A stretch of 64,000 nt of DNA from an uncultured Gemmatimonadales bacterium. GTDB lineage: Bacteria; Gemmatimonadota; Gemmatimonadetes; Longimicrobiales; RSA9. Of the stretch, positions 1-9,821 are shown piece by piece. Location of the stretch: assembly GCA_963741945.1 (NCBI GenBank), contig CAVUKA010000003.1:755998-819997 (forward strand), in the 5' to 3' direction. Position 1 is the stretch's first letter. Each line of letters opens with the position of its first letter. The notes under the pieces were generated by a model. It saw nothing but the letters and a program-made list of their open reading frames with translations. It searched no databases and was not told the origin of the DNA. A program made the translations under genes and the position numbers.

Positions 1-915
1 TACGACTACGAGGGCTCGAACCGCGGCTGGGGGAACATCCCCCAGGAGGGCGAGGACGTGGCCGAGCCGGCGAACGGCTACATCTGGGACCTGGCCCACC
101 GCGCGGGCATCTCGTTCCGCAATTACGGCGAGTTCGTGATCCCCGGGGCGGTGGACCCCGACGACCCCATGCCGGAAGGGTACCGGGGCGTGAAGCCGTT
201 CCTGGCGGTGCACACCAACCCGGACTTCCCCGGCTTCGACCTCGAGATCCCCGACCGCGAACGCGCCGACATCTTCCTTCAGGACTTCCGCGAGTTCGAG
301 CGCAGGGGCGCGATGCCGCAGCTCATGATCCTGCGACTCCCCAACGACCACACCGCCGGCGGCCGCGCCGGCGCGCCCACGCCCCGGGCCTACATGGCCG
401 ACAACGACCTCGCCCTCGGCCGCATTGTCGAGGCGGTCTCACGCTCCTCGTTCTGGAAGAACACGGTCTTCTTCGTACTGGAGGACGACGCCCAGAACGG
501 GCCGGACCACGTGGACTCGCACCGCTCCCCGCTGCTCGTGATCTCGGCGTACAACCGGCCTGGCGTCAGCCACCGGTTCGCCAACACCACGGACGTCATC
601 GCCACCATGTCCGACATCCTCGGGCTCGGCAGCCTCTCGCAGTTCGACCACTATGGCCGGCCTCTCCGCGAGATCTTCGCCCGCGAGCCCGACCTGGCGC
701 CGTACCAGGTGCGGGTCCCGGCCGTGGACATGAACGAGCGCAACGGCGTCGACAACCCGGGCGCCCATGCCTCCATGGGCCTCGACCTGCGCTTCGAGGA
801 CAGCGTCGACGACATCCTCTTCAACCGCATCCTGTGGGCTGTCGTCAAAGGGGCAGACGTCCCCTACCCCGGGCGGACGCGGATGCCCGTGCTCGAGTGG
901 CAGCGATCCCGCTGA
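1..915 (+). CDS. Phosphoesterase / alkaline-phosphatase-like family protein, C-terminal part (5' end outside window)
   Basis: Frame open from base 1 (YDYEGSNRG...); motifs LPNDHT, ADNDLALGRIVE, EDDAQNGPDHVDSHRS. Confidence 0.75.
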   Translation, partial: YDYEGSNRGWGNIPQEGEDVAEPANGYIWDLAHRAGISFRNYGEFVIPGAVDPDDPMPEGYRGVKPFLAVHTNPDFPGFDLEIPDRERADIFLQDFREFERRGAMPQLMILRLPNDHTAGGRAGAPTPRAYMADNDLALGRIVEAVSRSSFWKNTVFFVLEDDAQNGPDHVDSHRSPLLVISAYNRPGVSHRFANTTDVIATMSDILGLGSLSQFDHYGRPLREIFAREPDLAPYQVRVPAVDMNERNGVDNPGAHASMGLDLRFEDSVDDILFNRILWAVVKGADVPYPGRTRMPVLEWQRSR

Positions 916-3311
916 CCACCCGCGTCGCCACCCTCCCCGTCATCGCCGCGCTCGCGCTCGGCGCCGGCCGGCTGGGTGCGCAGGCGCCCGAGCCACCGGT
1001 CCCGATCCAGCACGCGCTCCGGGACGCGGACGGCGATGGGGTTCCGGACAGGCTCGGGGACACGATCGTCGTCACGGGCGTGGCGCTTTCCGCCGTGCGC
1101 GTCATCGACGACGATGTGGCGCTCGCCCCCATTCTCGACCGGAGCGGCGGGCTGGTCCTGTTCAGCCGCGACTCCACGATCCTGGCGGGCATTCGCAGGG
1201 GCGACAGCATCCGGGCGCGCGGCGTGGTGTGGCAGTATCGCGGGCAGGAGGAGCTCCTCACGCAGACCGTGGAGCGGCTGGGCGCTGTCGGCGCCCCGCG
1301 GCCACGGGAAGTGCTGGCCGCGGACATCCAGGACGAGGCACTGGAAGGGCGTCTCGTGCACGTGCGCGGGACCCTCGAATCCCGGGCGGACGCAAACGGC
1401 TCGATGGAGATCGTGCTGCACGACCGATCCGGCTCCATCCCCATCGTCGTCTCCGGCGAGTGGCTGAACGATCAACGGCTGCTGAAGCGCCTCGCGCAGG
1501 GCGGGCGTGCGGAAGTGGTCGGCATCGTGAACCAGCGCACCGACCCGTCTGCCACCGAGGGCGGGTACCGGCTGGTGCCGCGCGACGCGGCCGACATCAC
1601 GTTCGCCCCCGTGCCCCCGTACCGCCTCCTGGGGATCGTGGCCGTGGTCGTCGTGGTCCTCGTGCTCGGCTGGTGGCGCGCCCGGGCGGCCAGGCGGGCA
1701 CGGCAGCTGGGGCGGCTGACGGCAGAGCTGGAGCGATCACGGGACGAGCTGCGCGCGGGCGAGGAGCGGTTCCGGTCGCTGGTGGAGAACGCAGCGGACG
1801 CCATCGCCGTGCTGGGACCGCACGGCGAGCTGCAGTACCTGAGCCCGTCCATCGAGCCCATGGTCGGCTGGAGGCCCGACGAGCTCTCGGCCGAAAGTAT
1901 CTACCGGCTCCTCCACCCCGACGACATCGAAAAGGCGGCGGCCGCGCTCGGGCGCGTGCGCGAGGGTGGCGAGCGGAGCACGCGCACCGACCTCCGGATG
2001 CGCGCCGCCGACGAGGTCTGGCACCACCTGGAAGTGGTGCTGACCAACCGGAGCGACGACGCCGCCGTCAGAGGCATCGTATGCAATGTCCGGGACATCA
2101 CCGAGCAGCGCGAGCTCCAGCAGCGCGTCCGGGATGCCGACCGCATGGAAGCCGTCGGGCGCCTGGCGGGCGGCATCGCCCACGACTTCAACAACGTGCT
2201 CACGGCGCTGGGCGGACACGCGGTCCTGGCGCTGGAGTCCATGCCCATGGAATCGGCCGGGCGCACGGAAGTCGAGGAGATCGCGCGCGCCGCCGAACGG
2301 GCGGCTTCGCTCACGCGCCAGCTCCTGGCGTTCAGTCGCCAGCAGGTGATGCAGCTGCAGGTGGTCTCACCCGCCGCTGTCGTGGCCGCCATGGTGCCGA
2401 TGCTGCGGCGGCTCATCGGCGAGGACATCGAGCTCCGCAGCGAAGCCGCGCCCGACCTCGGCCGCGTCCGCGTGGACCCTGCGCAGCTCGAGCAGGTGGT
2501 CATGAACCTCGTCGTGAACGCGCGGGACGCCATGCCCGATGGCGGCCGCGTGGTGATCGCCCTCGAGAACGACAGCATCACGGACTCCACCGCCGACCGC
2601 TTCCCCTATGCCGTCCAACCCGGTCTCTACGTCCGGCTCTCCGTCTCCGATACCGGCCACGGCATGCCGCCCGCCGTGCTCGCGCACATTTTCGAGCCCT
2701 TCTTCACCACCAAGGAAGTGGGCCGCGGAACGGGCCTCGGCCTCGCCACCCTCTATGGCATCGTCAAGCAGTCCGATGGCTACATCTGGGCCACGAGTGA
2801 CCCCGGCCAGGGAAGCCGCTTCGACGTATTCTTCCCGCGCGTCGATGCGGCCGACGGCACGGAGGCGCTGGACGGGACGCACGAGACCGACAGGCAGGAG
2901 CCGGAGGCCGCCCCCGCCCCCGCCCCCGCCACACCGGCGCCCGGGACCGGCGAGACCGTGCTGCTCGTGGAAGACGAGGCCGCTGTCCGGCGCCTCGCCC
3001 GGCGCGTGCTCGAGAAGGCGGGCTACCGGATCGTGGAGGCCGGCACCCCCGCCGCGGCCCTCCACGCCATGGCCGACGTCCGCATTGCCGTGGACCTCCT
3101 GCTCACCGACGTGGTCATGCCGGGCATGAACGGTCGACAGCTCGCGGAGCGGCTGCGCCAGGGTCGCCCCGACCTCAAGGTCCTCTTCATGAGCGGCTAC
3201 ACCGAGGACCAGGTCATGCGCTACGGGATCGGATCCGGCGAGGTGCCTTTCCTCGGCAAGCCCTACACCCCCGCCCAGCTGCTGGAAAGCGTGCGCCAGA
3301 CGCTGGCCTAG
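897..3311 (+). CDS. Membrane-anchored hybrid sensor histidine kinase (extracellular OB-fold-like region, TM, PAS, HisKA, HATPase, REC)
   Basis: H-box LAGGIAHDFNN, NLVVNARDAM, FEPFFTTK..GTGLGL, receiver LLVEDE...LLTDVVMP; start taken as GTG 897. Confidence 0.9.
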   Translation: MAAIPLTTRVATLPVIAALALGAGRLGAQAPEPPVPIQHALRDADGDGVPDRLGDTIVVTGVALSAVRVIDDDVALAPILDRSGGLVLFSRDSTILAGIRRGDSIRARGVVWQYRGQEELLTQTVERLGAVGAPRPREVLAADIQDEALEGRLVHVRGTLESRADANGSMEIVLHDRSGSIPIVVSGEWLNDQRLLKRLAQGGRAEVVGIVNQRTDPSATEGGYRLVPRDAADITFAPVPPYRLLGIVAVVVVVLVLGWWRARAARRARQLGRLTAELERSRDELRAGEERFRSLVENAADAIAVLGPHGELQYLSPSIEPMVGWRPDELSAESIYRLLHPDDIEKAAAALGRVREGGERSTRTDLRMRAADEVWHHLEVVLTNRSDDAAVRGIVCNVRDITEQRELQQRVRDADRMEAVGRLAGGIAHDFNNVLTALGGHAVLALESMPMESAGRTEVEEIARAAERAASLTRQLLAFSRQQVMQLQVVSPAAVVAAMVPMLRRLIGEDIELRSEAAPDLGRVRVDPAQLEQVVMNLVVNARDAMPDGGRVVIALENDSITDSTADRFPYAVQPGLYVRLSVSDTGHGMPPAVLAHIFEPFFTTKEVGRGTGLGLATLYGIVKQSDGYIWATSDPGQGSRFDVFFPRVDAADGTEALDGTHETDRQEPEAAPAPAPATPAPGTGETVLLVEDEAAVRRLARRVLEKAGYRIVEAGTPAAALHAMADVRIAVDLLLTDVVMPGMNGRQLAERLRQGRPDLKVLFMSGYTEDQVMRYGIGSGEVPFLGKPYTPAQLLESVRQTLA

Positions 3312-3329
3312 CCATCGCTGACCCCGGGT

Positions 3330-4925
3330 CTAGTCCCCCGTGACCTCCACCTCCACCGGACCGCGCGGACTCCGCAGCAGCAGGACCAGCGGGAGGGAGA
3401 TGAGGAACAGGATCGTGACCAGGGCGAACACGTGGTTGTACGCCAGCACCGCGGCCTGACGCAGGAAGGACAGGTTCAGCAGCTGGAGCGCGCGTGTCCG
3501 GGCCGTGCCGAGGTCCATCCCCCGTGCCTGCATCCCGGCCGTGGCTCGCGCCAGGAAGTTTATCGTGGCCGGGTCGTACGCCGTGGCGTGCTGCCCCAGG
3601 ATGGCGTGGTTGCGGGCCATGGAGCGCGTGAGCGACGTGGCCGCCACGGCGATCCCGACGCTCCCGGCCACCTGCCGCACCACGTTGTAGAGCCCCGTCG
3701 CCTGCGTCATCTTCGGCCGCGGGATCGTGGCCAGCGCCGCGGTCGACAGGGCGACGAAGATCAGTGCGAAGCCCACGCCCTGCCAGAGCTGGGGCCAGAA
3801 GATGTCCCAGAAGCCCACGTCGAGCGTCAGGTGGGACAGCTCCCAGAATGAGAAGGCGCTCACGGCCAGCCCCGCGCCCACCAGGACTTTCGGACCCACC
3901 CGATTGTAGACGCGCCCACCCAGCGGCATGATCACGGCCATGGCCAGGCTGCGCGGCACCAGCGCCTCGCCCGACAGCATGGCCGTGTAGCCCAGCAGGT
4001 TCTGCAGGAAGAGCGGGAGGAGGAAGAGCGAGCCGTACAGCCCCATCCCCAGCACACCCCCGATGACCGTTGCGGACGTGAACGAGCCGTTCTTCAGGAT
4101 CCGCAGGTTCACCGCCGGACGGTCCGTGGCCAGCTCGTGCCAGACGAACAGCAGCATGCCCACGGCGCCGGCGATGGCCAGGCTGATGATGAAGCCGGAC
4201 TCGAACCAGTCGTTCCGCTGTCCCTCTTCGAGCATGAGCTGGAGCGCGCCCAGGCCCACGGCCAGCAGCGCCAGCCCGGTCCAGTCGATCCGCCCCTTTT
4301 CCCGCACCAGGTAGTGGGGGTCGCGGATGTAGCGCGTGACCAGCATCACGTTCAGGATTCCGATCGGCACGTTGATGTAGAACACCCACGGCCACGTGTA
4401 GTTGTCGGTCAGCCAGCCGCCGAGCGTGGGGCCGATGGCCGGCGCCACGACCACGCCCATGCCGTAGATCCCCATGGCCATGGCCTGCTCCTCCGGCGGG
4501 AAGGTCTCGCGCAGGATGGCCTGGGACACCGTCACGATCACGCCCCCGCCGATCCCCTGCAGCACGCGGAAGATCACCATCACCGGCAGGGTCCGGGACA
4601 CGCCGCACGCCATGGACGCCACGGTGAAGAGCGCCACGCTGAAGATGTAGAAGTTCTTCCGGCCGAACCGCCCGCTCAGCATGCCCGTGATCGGCATGAT
4701 GATGACCTGGGCCAGGATGTAGCCGGTCACCACCCAGGTGATCTGCTCCACCGTGGTGCCCAGCGTGCCGGTCATGGACGGAAGAGCCACGTTCACGATG
4801 CTGGAGTCCAGCACCGCCATGATGGTCCCCGTCAGCACCGTGCCGGCCACCAGCCACTTGTGGTGCTCCATCTCCGCCGCGGCGGCGTCCGCGGCGCGGC
4901 GCGTCGGTGTCACTCCCTCCGCCAT
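3330..4925 (-). CDS. DHA2 (EmrB/QacA) MFS efflux permease
   Basis: MAVLDSSIVNVALP, APAIGPTLGGWLTDNYTWPWVFYINVPIG; many TM segments. Confidence 0.92.
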   Translation of the reverse strand: MAEGVTPTRRAADAAAAEMEHHKWLVAGTVLTGTIMAVLDSSIVNVALPSMTGTLGTTVEQITWVVTGYILAQVIIMPITGMLSGRFGRKNFYIFSVALFTVASMACGVSRTLPVMVIFRVLQGIGGGVIVTVSQAILRETFPPEEQAMAMGIYGMGVVVAPAIGPTLGGWLTDNYTWPWVFYINVPIGILNVMLVTRYIRDPHYLVREKGRIDWTGLALLAVGLGALQLMLEEGQRNDWFESGFIISLAIAGAVGMLLFVWHELATDRPAVNLRILKNGSFTSATVIGGVLGMGLYGSLFLLPLFLQNLLGYTAMLSGEALVPRSLAMAVIMPLGGRVYNRVGPKVLVGAGLAVSAFSFWELSHLTLDVGFWDIFWPQLWQGVGFALIFVALSTAALATIPRPKMTQATGLYNVVRQVAGSVGIAVAATSLTRSMARNHAILGQHATAYDPATINFLARATAGMQARGMDLGTARTRALQLLNLSFLRQAAVLAYNHVFALVTILFLISLPLVLLLRSPRGPVEVEVTGD

Positions 4926-4926
4926 G

Positions 4927-6057
4927 TCAGCCGGTGCTCACGTGCACGACCACACTCATCCCCGGACGCAGCGGCCGATCGGCGCCGCACCCCTCCGTCA
5001 CTTCGATCCGGACGGGCACCCGCTGCACCACTTTCGTGAAGTTGCCGGTGGCGTTTTCCGGCGGGATCAGCGAGAACTGCGACCCCGTCGCCCCGCTGAT
5101 GCTCTCCACCTGCCCCCGCGCGCTGCACCCGCCGTACGCGTCCACGCTCAGCTCCGCCGCCTCGCCCGGCCGGATTCGGTCCAGCTGCGTCTCCTTGAAG
5201 TTGGCCGTCACCGTGATCCCCGAGTCGGCGACGATGGTCATCACCGGCTGACCCGGCTGCAGCAGCTGGCCGGGCTCCGCCGAGCGCTTCGCCACGAGCC
5301 CGCTCACGGGCGCAGTGATCCGCGCATAGGAGAGCTGGAGCTTCGCGGTCTCCACCGCGGCCTGCGCAGCCTTCAGGTGCGCTTCCGCCTGTCGCACGCC
5401 CGCCTGCGCCGTGTGCACGCCCGCCTGCGCCGCCAGCCGCTGCTGCTCCACCGAGCGGAGCGTGGCCCGCGCCGCCTCCGCGGCCGCTTCCGCCGCGTCC
5501 AGCTGCTGCTGCGACACGATCTGCTTCGCCGCCAGACCCCGCACCCGCTCCAGGTCACGGTCCGCCTTCGATGCCGACGCCCTCGCCGCCGCGATCTGCG
5601 CGGCCAGTGCCCCGCCATGGCGCTGCGCCTGCTCCACCTGCGCCTCCGCCTGGCCCTGCACGCCACCACCGCCCACGGCCGCCTGCGCCGACGCCAGCTC
5701 CGCTTCCGCCTGGTCCAGCCGCTGGCGCAGCTCGACATCGTCGACCACCACCAGCGCCTGACCCTCGGATACGTGCTCGTTCTCCTCCACGGAGACCGCC
5801 TTCACGTACCCGCCCACCTTCGCCACCACCGGCACCAGGTGGCCGGCCACGTACGCGTCATCCGTGGATTCATGCGACGACGCGTAGCGCCATCGCATCA
5901 CGCCCCAGATCGCCACCGCCACCAGCAGCACCGCCGCCACCGGAAGCACCCACCGGCGCTGCCCGCTGCGGGGCGCCCCACCCGCCGGTGGTTCCTGCCT
6001 GCCGTCCGCCATTGCCTCGCTCCTCTCGCGTCGATCGTCCGTCGGTCCGTTCGCCAT
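4927..6057 (-). CDS. EmrA/HlyD-family periplasmic adaptor
   Basis: STDDAYV, ANFKETQL, FSLIPPENATGNFTKVVQRVPV. Confidence 0.92.
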   Translation of the reverse strand: MANGPTDDRRERSEAMADGRQEPPAGGAPRSGQRRWVLPVAAVLLVAVAIWGVMRWRYASSHESTDDAYVAGHLVPVVAKVGGYVKAVSVEENEHVSEGQALVVVDDVELRQRLDQAEAELASAQAAVGGGGVQGQAEAQVEQAQRHGGALAAQIAAARASASKADRDLERVRGLAAKQIVSQQQLDAAEAAAEAARATLRSVEQQRLAAQAGVHTAQAGVRQAEAHLKAAQAAVETAKLQLSYARITAPVSGLVAKRSAEPGQLLQPGQPVMTIVADSGITVTANFKETQLDRIRPGEAAELSVDAYGGCSARGQVESISGATGSQFSLIPPENATGNFTKVVQRVPVRIEVTEGCGADRPLRPGMSVVVHVSTG

Positions 6058-7433
6058 CAGCGCAGCTCACCCGCAGTGCCCTCGGCGGCCGCCAGTGCGA
6101 CGCGCGCACCCTGGTAGCCGGCGAGCGCGTCCACGTACGCGCCGCGGGCGTCGCTCAGCCGCAGCGCCGATTCCGTCACGTCCGCACTCCCGGCCACGCC
6201 CGCTTCGAATCGCTCCTGCGACTGCTGGTATTCCTCCTGCGCCAGCGCCAGCCTCGCCCGCGCCGCCAGCACCTGCTCCGAAGACGCCGACAGGTCCAGG
6301 ACCGCCGAGCGCACCTGCATCGCCACCTGCTCACGCAGCTCGTGACGCTGCGCTTCCAGCATGGATACCTGCGCCTGCTCCTCGTCCACCCGCGCGCCCA
6401 GGCGAAGACCGGTGAACGCCGGCAGAGACACGCGCACCGCCCAGTCGTACGTGTTCAGCAGGTGCGCGTTCTCACGGCCGATCCAGCCGTCATCCGCGCC
6501 CAGCGTCAGTTTCGGCAACCGCTCCGCTTTCACCGCCGACACGGCGTGCGAGGCCGCCCGGATCCGCTCGTCCAGCGCCACCACGTCGCTCCGGCCCGCC
6601 AGCGCTGCAGCCACCGCAGCGTCCATATCCGCTTCGAGGGGAGCGCCCGCAGCCAGCGTGTCGGTCAGCACCACCGCGTGGTCGAGCGGCAGGTCCAGCG
6701 CGCGCAGCAGCGCCAGCTTGGTCTGCCGCACCTGGTTCTCCGCGCCGATTCGCCTGGCCTGCATGGCCGCCAGCTGCGCTTCCGCACGCGTGACATCCAG
6801 CTTCACGCCCACGCCCGCCTCCAGCAGGTCCCTGGCCGTGCGCACCAGGTCCTCCGCCAGCGACACGTCCTCCCGCACCGCCGCGAGCCGCGACTCCGCC
6901 CAGAGCCCCCGCACGTATGCCCTTCCCGCTCCGGCGGCCAGCGCTTCCCGGGTCGCGGCCGTCCCGCTGCGCGAGGCGTCCAGCGCCGATCTGGCCGAGC
7001 GCACCCGCTCCACCGCGCTCCAGTCGAACAGCGTCTGCGATAGACTGGCTCGCACGTCCGGCGTCCCGATGGGACCCACCACTTCGCCATTCGGGTTGAA
7101 CAGCGGCGGCTCGCCGGGGGCCGTCGGGAAGTCCAGGCCGAACGTGGCCGTGTTGAACGTCCGCTGCCCCTGCTGCGCCATCACGTTGATCTGCGGCAGG
7201 AGCGCGGAGCGCGCCTGTGTCACACGCGCCGCGGCCTGTACATCGCCGAGCTGCGCCACGTCCAGCCGCGCCCCGCGCTCCGTGGCCAGCCGCACGGCCT
7301 CCCCCAGATCCAGCCGCAGCGTGTCCGGCGCCGTCATTGCACCGCCACCCGGCTCCTGGGCCGGCGCCGCGCCCGCCACCGCCAGCGCGAGCACCACCGC
7401 GCCCGCCCCCTTCACTCCCATCCTCCGCCTCAC
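6057..7433 (-). CDS. TolC-family outer membrane efflux protein
   Basis: Signal peptide, two OEP-like repeats; overlaps neighbouring efflux genes. Confidence 0.88.
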   Translation of the reverse strand: MRRRMGVKGAGAVVLALAVAGAAPAQEPGGGAMTAPDTLRLDLGEAVRLATERGARLDVAQLGDVQAAARVTQARSALLPQINVMAQQGQRTFNTATFGLDFPTAPGEPPLFNPNGEVVGPIGTPDVRASLSQTLFDWSAVERVRSARSALDASRSGTAATREALAAGAGRAYVRGLWAESRLAAVREDVSLAEDLVRTARDLLEAGVGVKLDVTRAEAQLAAMQARRIGAENQVRQTKLALLRALDLPLDHAVVLTDTLAAGAPLEADMDAAVAAALAGRSDVVALDERIRAASHAVSAVKAERLPKLTLGADDGWIGRENAHLLNTYDWAVRVSLPAFTGLRLGARVDEEQAQVSMLEAQRHELREQVAMQVRSAVLDLSASSEQVLAARARLALAQEEYQQSQERFEAGVAGSADVTESALRLSDARGAYVDALAGYQGARVALAAAEGTAGELR

Positions 7434-8095
7434 GCATCGCCTCCGCGTATCGCCGCCATGTAGAACTCCTGCAGCTGCCGCAGCACCGTCTCGTCATCCA
7501 GAGAGCCCAGGCTCTCCATGAACTCCGGACGCGCGCACCACACCGCGTGCTTGATCACCAGCGCCAGTAGCATCCGCGCCCGCGCCGCCGAGTCGCCCGG
7601 GGAGAACTCGCCGAGATCCACACCCCAGTCGAGCAGCGACTGTACCGCCTCGATCACCGGTCGACGCACCTCACGCACGTATTCCCGCACCAGCTCCGGA
7701 AACGCGTTCGCCTCCGCCTGCACCAGCCGGTGGACCGGGTCGAACTCCGGCGTACGCACCTGCGACCAGATCACTCCGATCAGCGCCATCAGCGACGCCG
7801 CCGCCGTCTCCCGCCGCTCCGACCCCGACACCGCGTCCCGGATCCCCCGCACCCGCCGGTGCATGACTTCCCGGAACAGCTCCGTCTTCCCCGGGAAGTA
7901 CAGGTAGATCGTCGCTTTCGATACGCCCGCCCGCGACGCGATGTCCTCCACCCTCGCCGCTTCCAGGCCCCGCTCGCTGAACTCCGCCAGCGCAGCGTCC
8001 AGGATCTGCTGCGGCCGCTGCTCCGGCTGCCTCCGCCAGCGTGGCTCCGTCGCCTGCTCCGATCCCTTTCCGGCCTCCTTCGGGCTCATCCCCAT
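7430..8095 (-). CDS. TetR/AcrR family regulator
   Basis: HTH IASRAGVSKATIYLYFPGKTELF; RBS-like GGAGCAGGAG before ATG 8095. Confidence 0.9.
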   Translation of the reverse strand: MGMSPKEAGKGSEQATEPRWRRQPEQRPQQILDAALAEFSERGLEAARVEDIASRAGVSKATIYLYFPGKTELFREVMHRRVRGIRDAVSGSERRETAAASLMALIGVIWSQVRTPEFDPVHRLVQAEANAFPELVREYVREVRRPVIEAVQSLLDWGVDLGEFSPGDSAARARMLLALVIKHAVWCARPEFMESLGSLDDETVLRQLQEFYMAAIRGGDA

Positions 8096-8114
8096 GCTCC
8101 TGCTCCCCCCGGCA

Positions 8115-8136
8115 ACTAACTGACCGGTCATTTAGT
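8115..8136. promoter_or_regulatory. Putative TetR operator
   Basis: Near-perfect palindrome ACTAAC-TGACCGGTCA-TTTAGT 20 bp upstream of the tetR start. Confidence 0.7.
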
Positions 8137-8273
8137 AGGAGCGTAAGCTAACCGCCGGAGTGTATGGTGTGAACCCCCCGAAAGAAGGAGAGCCAGCGAT
8201 ATTCTGCGTTCTCTCCCTTTCCCCCGCGGCTGGCTATAATGGGGCGGCGAAGCCTCCTGTGAATGGAGGGGGG

Positions 8274-8634
8274 ATGGGCGCAGCGAAGCGTTTCCGGCTC
8301 GGCACCGCGATCCGCCACTGGGCGAGGGAGTTCGTGATCATAGTCCTGGGCGTGCTGGTGGCGCTGTGGGTGGACGGGTCGTATCAGCGGCGGGAGGAGC
8401 GGGAGCGGGAGCAGGTGGGCCTGGAGCAGCTGCTGGCGGAGACGGGGGACCTCAACCTGATCCGGAACGACTCACTGCGCGCGACGCTGGCAACCTACAC
8501 GGGAGTGCCGGAGGGCACGGCGCGTCAGAAACATGCAGGCCATCGTGTCGCAGAACCGCGTGCAGGACCTGAAGCAGCTCTTCGACAGCACGGAGGCGCT
8601 CCGGGCCGCGCTCGAGTCCGAGCTGGCGAGCTGA
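8274..8634 (+). pseudogene. Probable internally deleted membrane-anchored hypothetical gene
   Basis: N-terminal EFVIIVLGVLVALWVD anchor abuts TGDLNLIRNDSLR; a protein-like C-terminal helix (...LRAALESELAS*) lies in another frame. Confidence 0.45.
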
Positions 8635-8673
8635 CGAGTCAGGCGATGATCGGCCCGGCTTCCCGCCGGCAGC

Positions 8674-8964
8674 TCAGCTGGCCGGCGCCGTCCAGCCGTG
8701 CTCCGCCGCCATGGGTCCGGTGATCACGTAGATCCGGGCGAAGCTGTGCTTCCGGCAGAAGACGGTGCGACGGTGGGCGTCCACGCCGCCATCGGCGTGG
8801 AGCATGGAGTGCCAGCCGCTGTCCACAACGGCGCATCCTTCCGGGCAGGTGGTGGCCACCTCGTCGCCCGGGAGCCAGGCCAGCGCTTTCAGGTCGCGGT
8901 AGGCGGAGACGGTGAGCCACTGTTGCTCGAGACTGTCCAGCAGATCCTTCATCAGATCATCCAT
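8674..8964 (-). CDS. Small hypothetical protein (Cys/His-containing)
   Basis: 96-aa ORF with protein-like composition; CxxxC and CxxH motifs. Confidence 0.5.
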   Translation of the reverse strand: MDDLMKDLLDSLEQQWLTVSAYRDLKALAWLPGDEVATTCPEGCAVVDSGWHSMLHADGGVDAHRRTVFCRKHSFARIYVITGPMAAEHGWTAPAS

Positions 8965-9078
8965 GATCGCTTCATGTTCATGAGTCCGGGGGCCGCCACT
9001 ACGTCAAGGTACGGCCCCGACCCGGCCGTGGCGACGCCATCGGGGGCGGGCGCCCGGTCCCCGCGCGGGGTTATCCGC

Positions 9079-9696
9079 TCACAGCTGCAGGCCGATGGCG
9101 ACCGCGTGGCAGACGCTGCCGCCGATGACGAACACGTGCCACACGGCATGGCTGTAGCGCCGGGGCGAGTGGTAGAAGCGCGTCCCCACCGTGTACGCCA
9201 CGCCGCCCGCCACCAGCCACGAGATCGCCGCCGCATCCAGGTGCGTGAACAGCGGGCGGGCGGCAACGAGCACCAGCCAGCCCATGCCCAGGTAGATCAG
9301 GGTGGACAGCCGCGGATAACGCCCGGTGAAGAAGACCTTGAATACCACGCCGGCCAGGGCCAGCCCCCAGATCACGCCGAACAGGGTCCATCCCCACGGC
9401 CCCCGCAGCGCCCCCAGGGTGAACGGCGTGTAGGTGCCGGCAATGAGAACGTAGATGGCCGCGTGATCGAAGATTTTCAGCCGCTTCTTGGCCGCTGGCG
9501 AACGCACCGCGTGGTAGGCGGTGGATGCGGAGTACAGGACCAGGAGCGAGGCCAGGAACACCGCCGCGCCCACGATCTTCCACGGATCCCCCGTCAGCGA
9601 GGCGAGCACCACCAGAACCGCGCCCCCCGCCAGGCTCAGGAGCACACCCAGCCCATGCGTGGCTGCGTTGACCAGCTCTTCGTTCTTCACAGACAC
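9079..9696 (-). CDS. Hemolysin III / PAQR family membrane protein
   Basis: EELVNAATHG, STAYH, DHAAIYVLIAGTYTP, HAVWHVFV; start approximate. Confidence 0.92.
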   Translation of the reverse strand: MSVKNEELVNAATHGLGVLLSLAGGAVLVVLASLTGDPWKIVGAAVFLASLLVLYSASTAYHAVRSPAAKKRLKIFDHAAIYVLIAGTYTPFTLGALRGPWGWTLFGVIWGLALAGVVFKVFFTGRYPRLSTLIYLGMGWLVLVAARPLFTHLDAAAISWLVAGGVAYTVGTRFYHSPRRYSHAVWHVFVIGGSVCHAVAIGLQL

Positions 9697-9821
9697 TCCG
9701 ATCCCGCGTACCGTTCCGTCGAGGAGGGGCGACGCCGGAATATGTCCGTGGCCGCGGTGATTCACAACGGGACGACAGGCGCTCCTTCGCGGGAGACGGG
9801 CTGCGTCATCAGGTCATGGCC

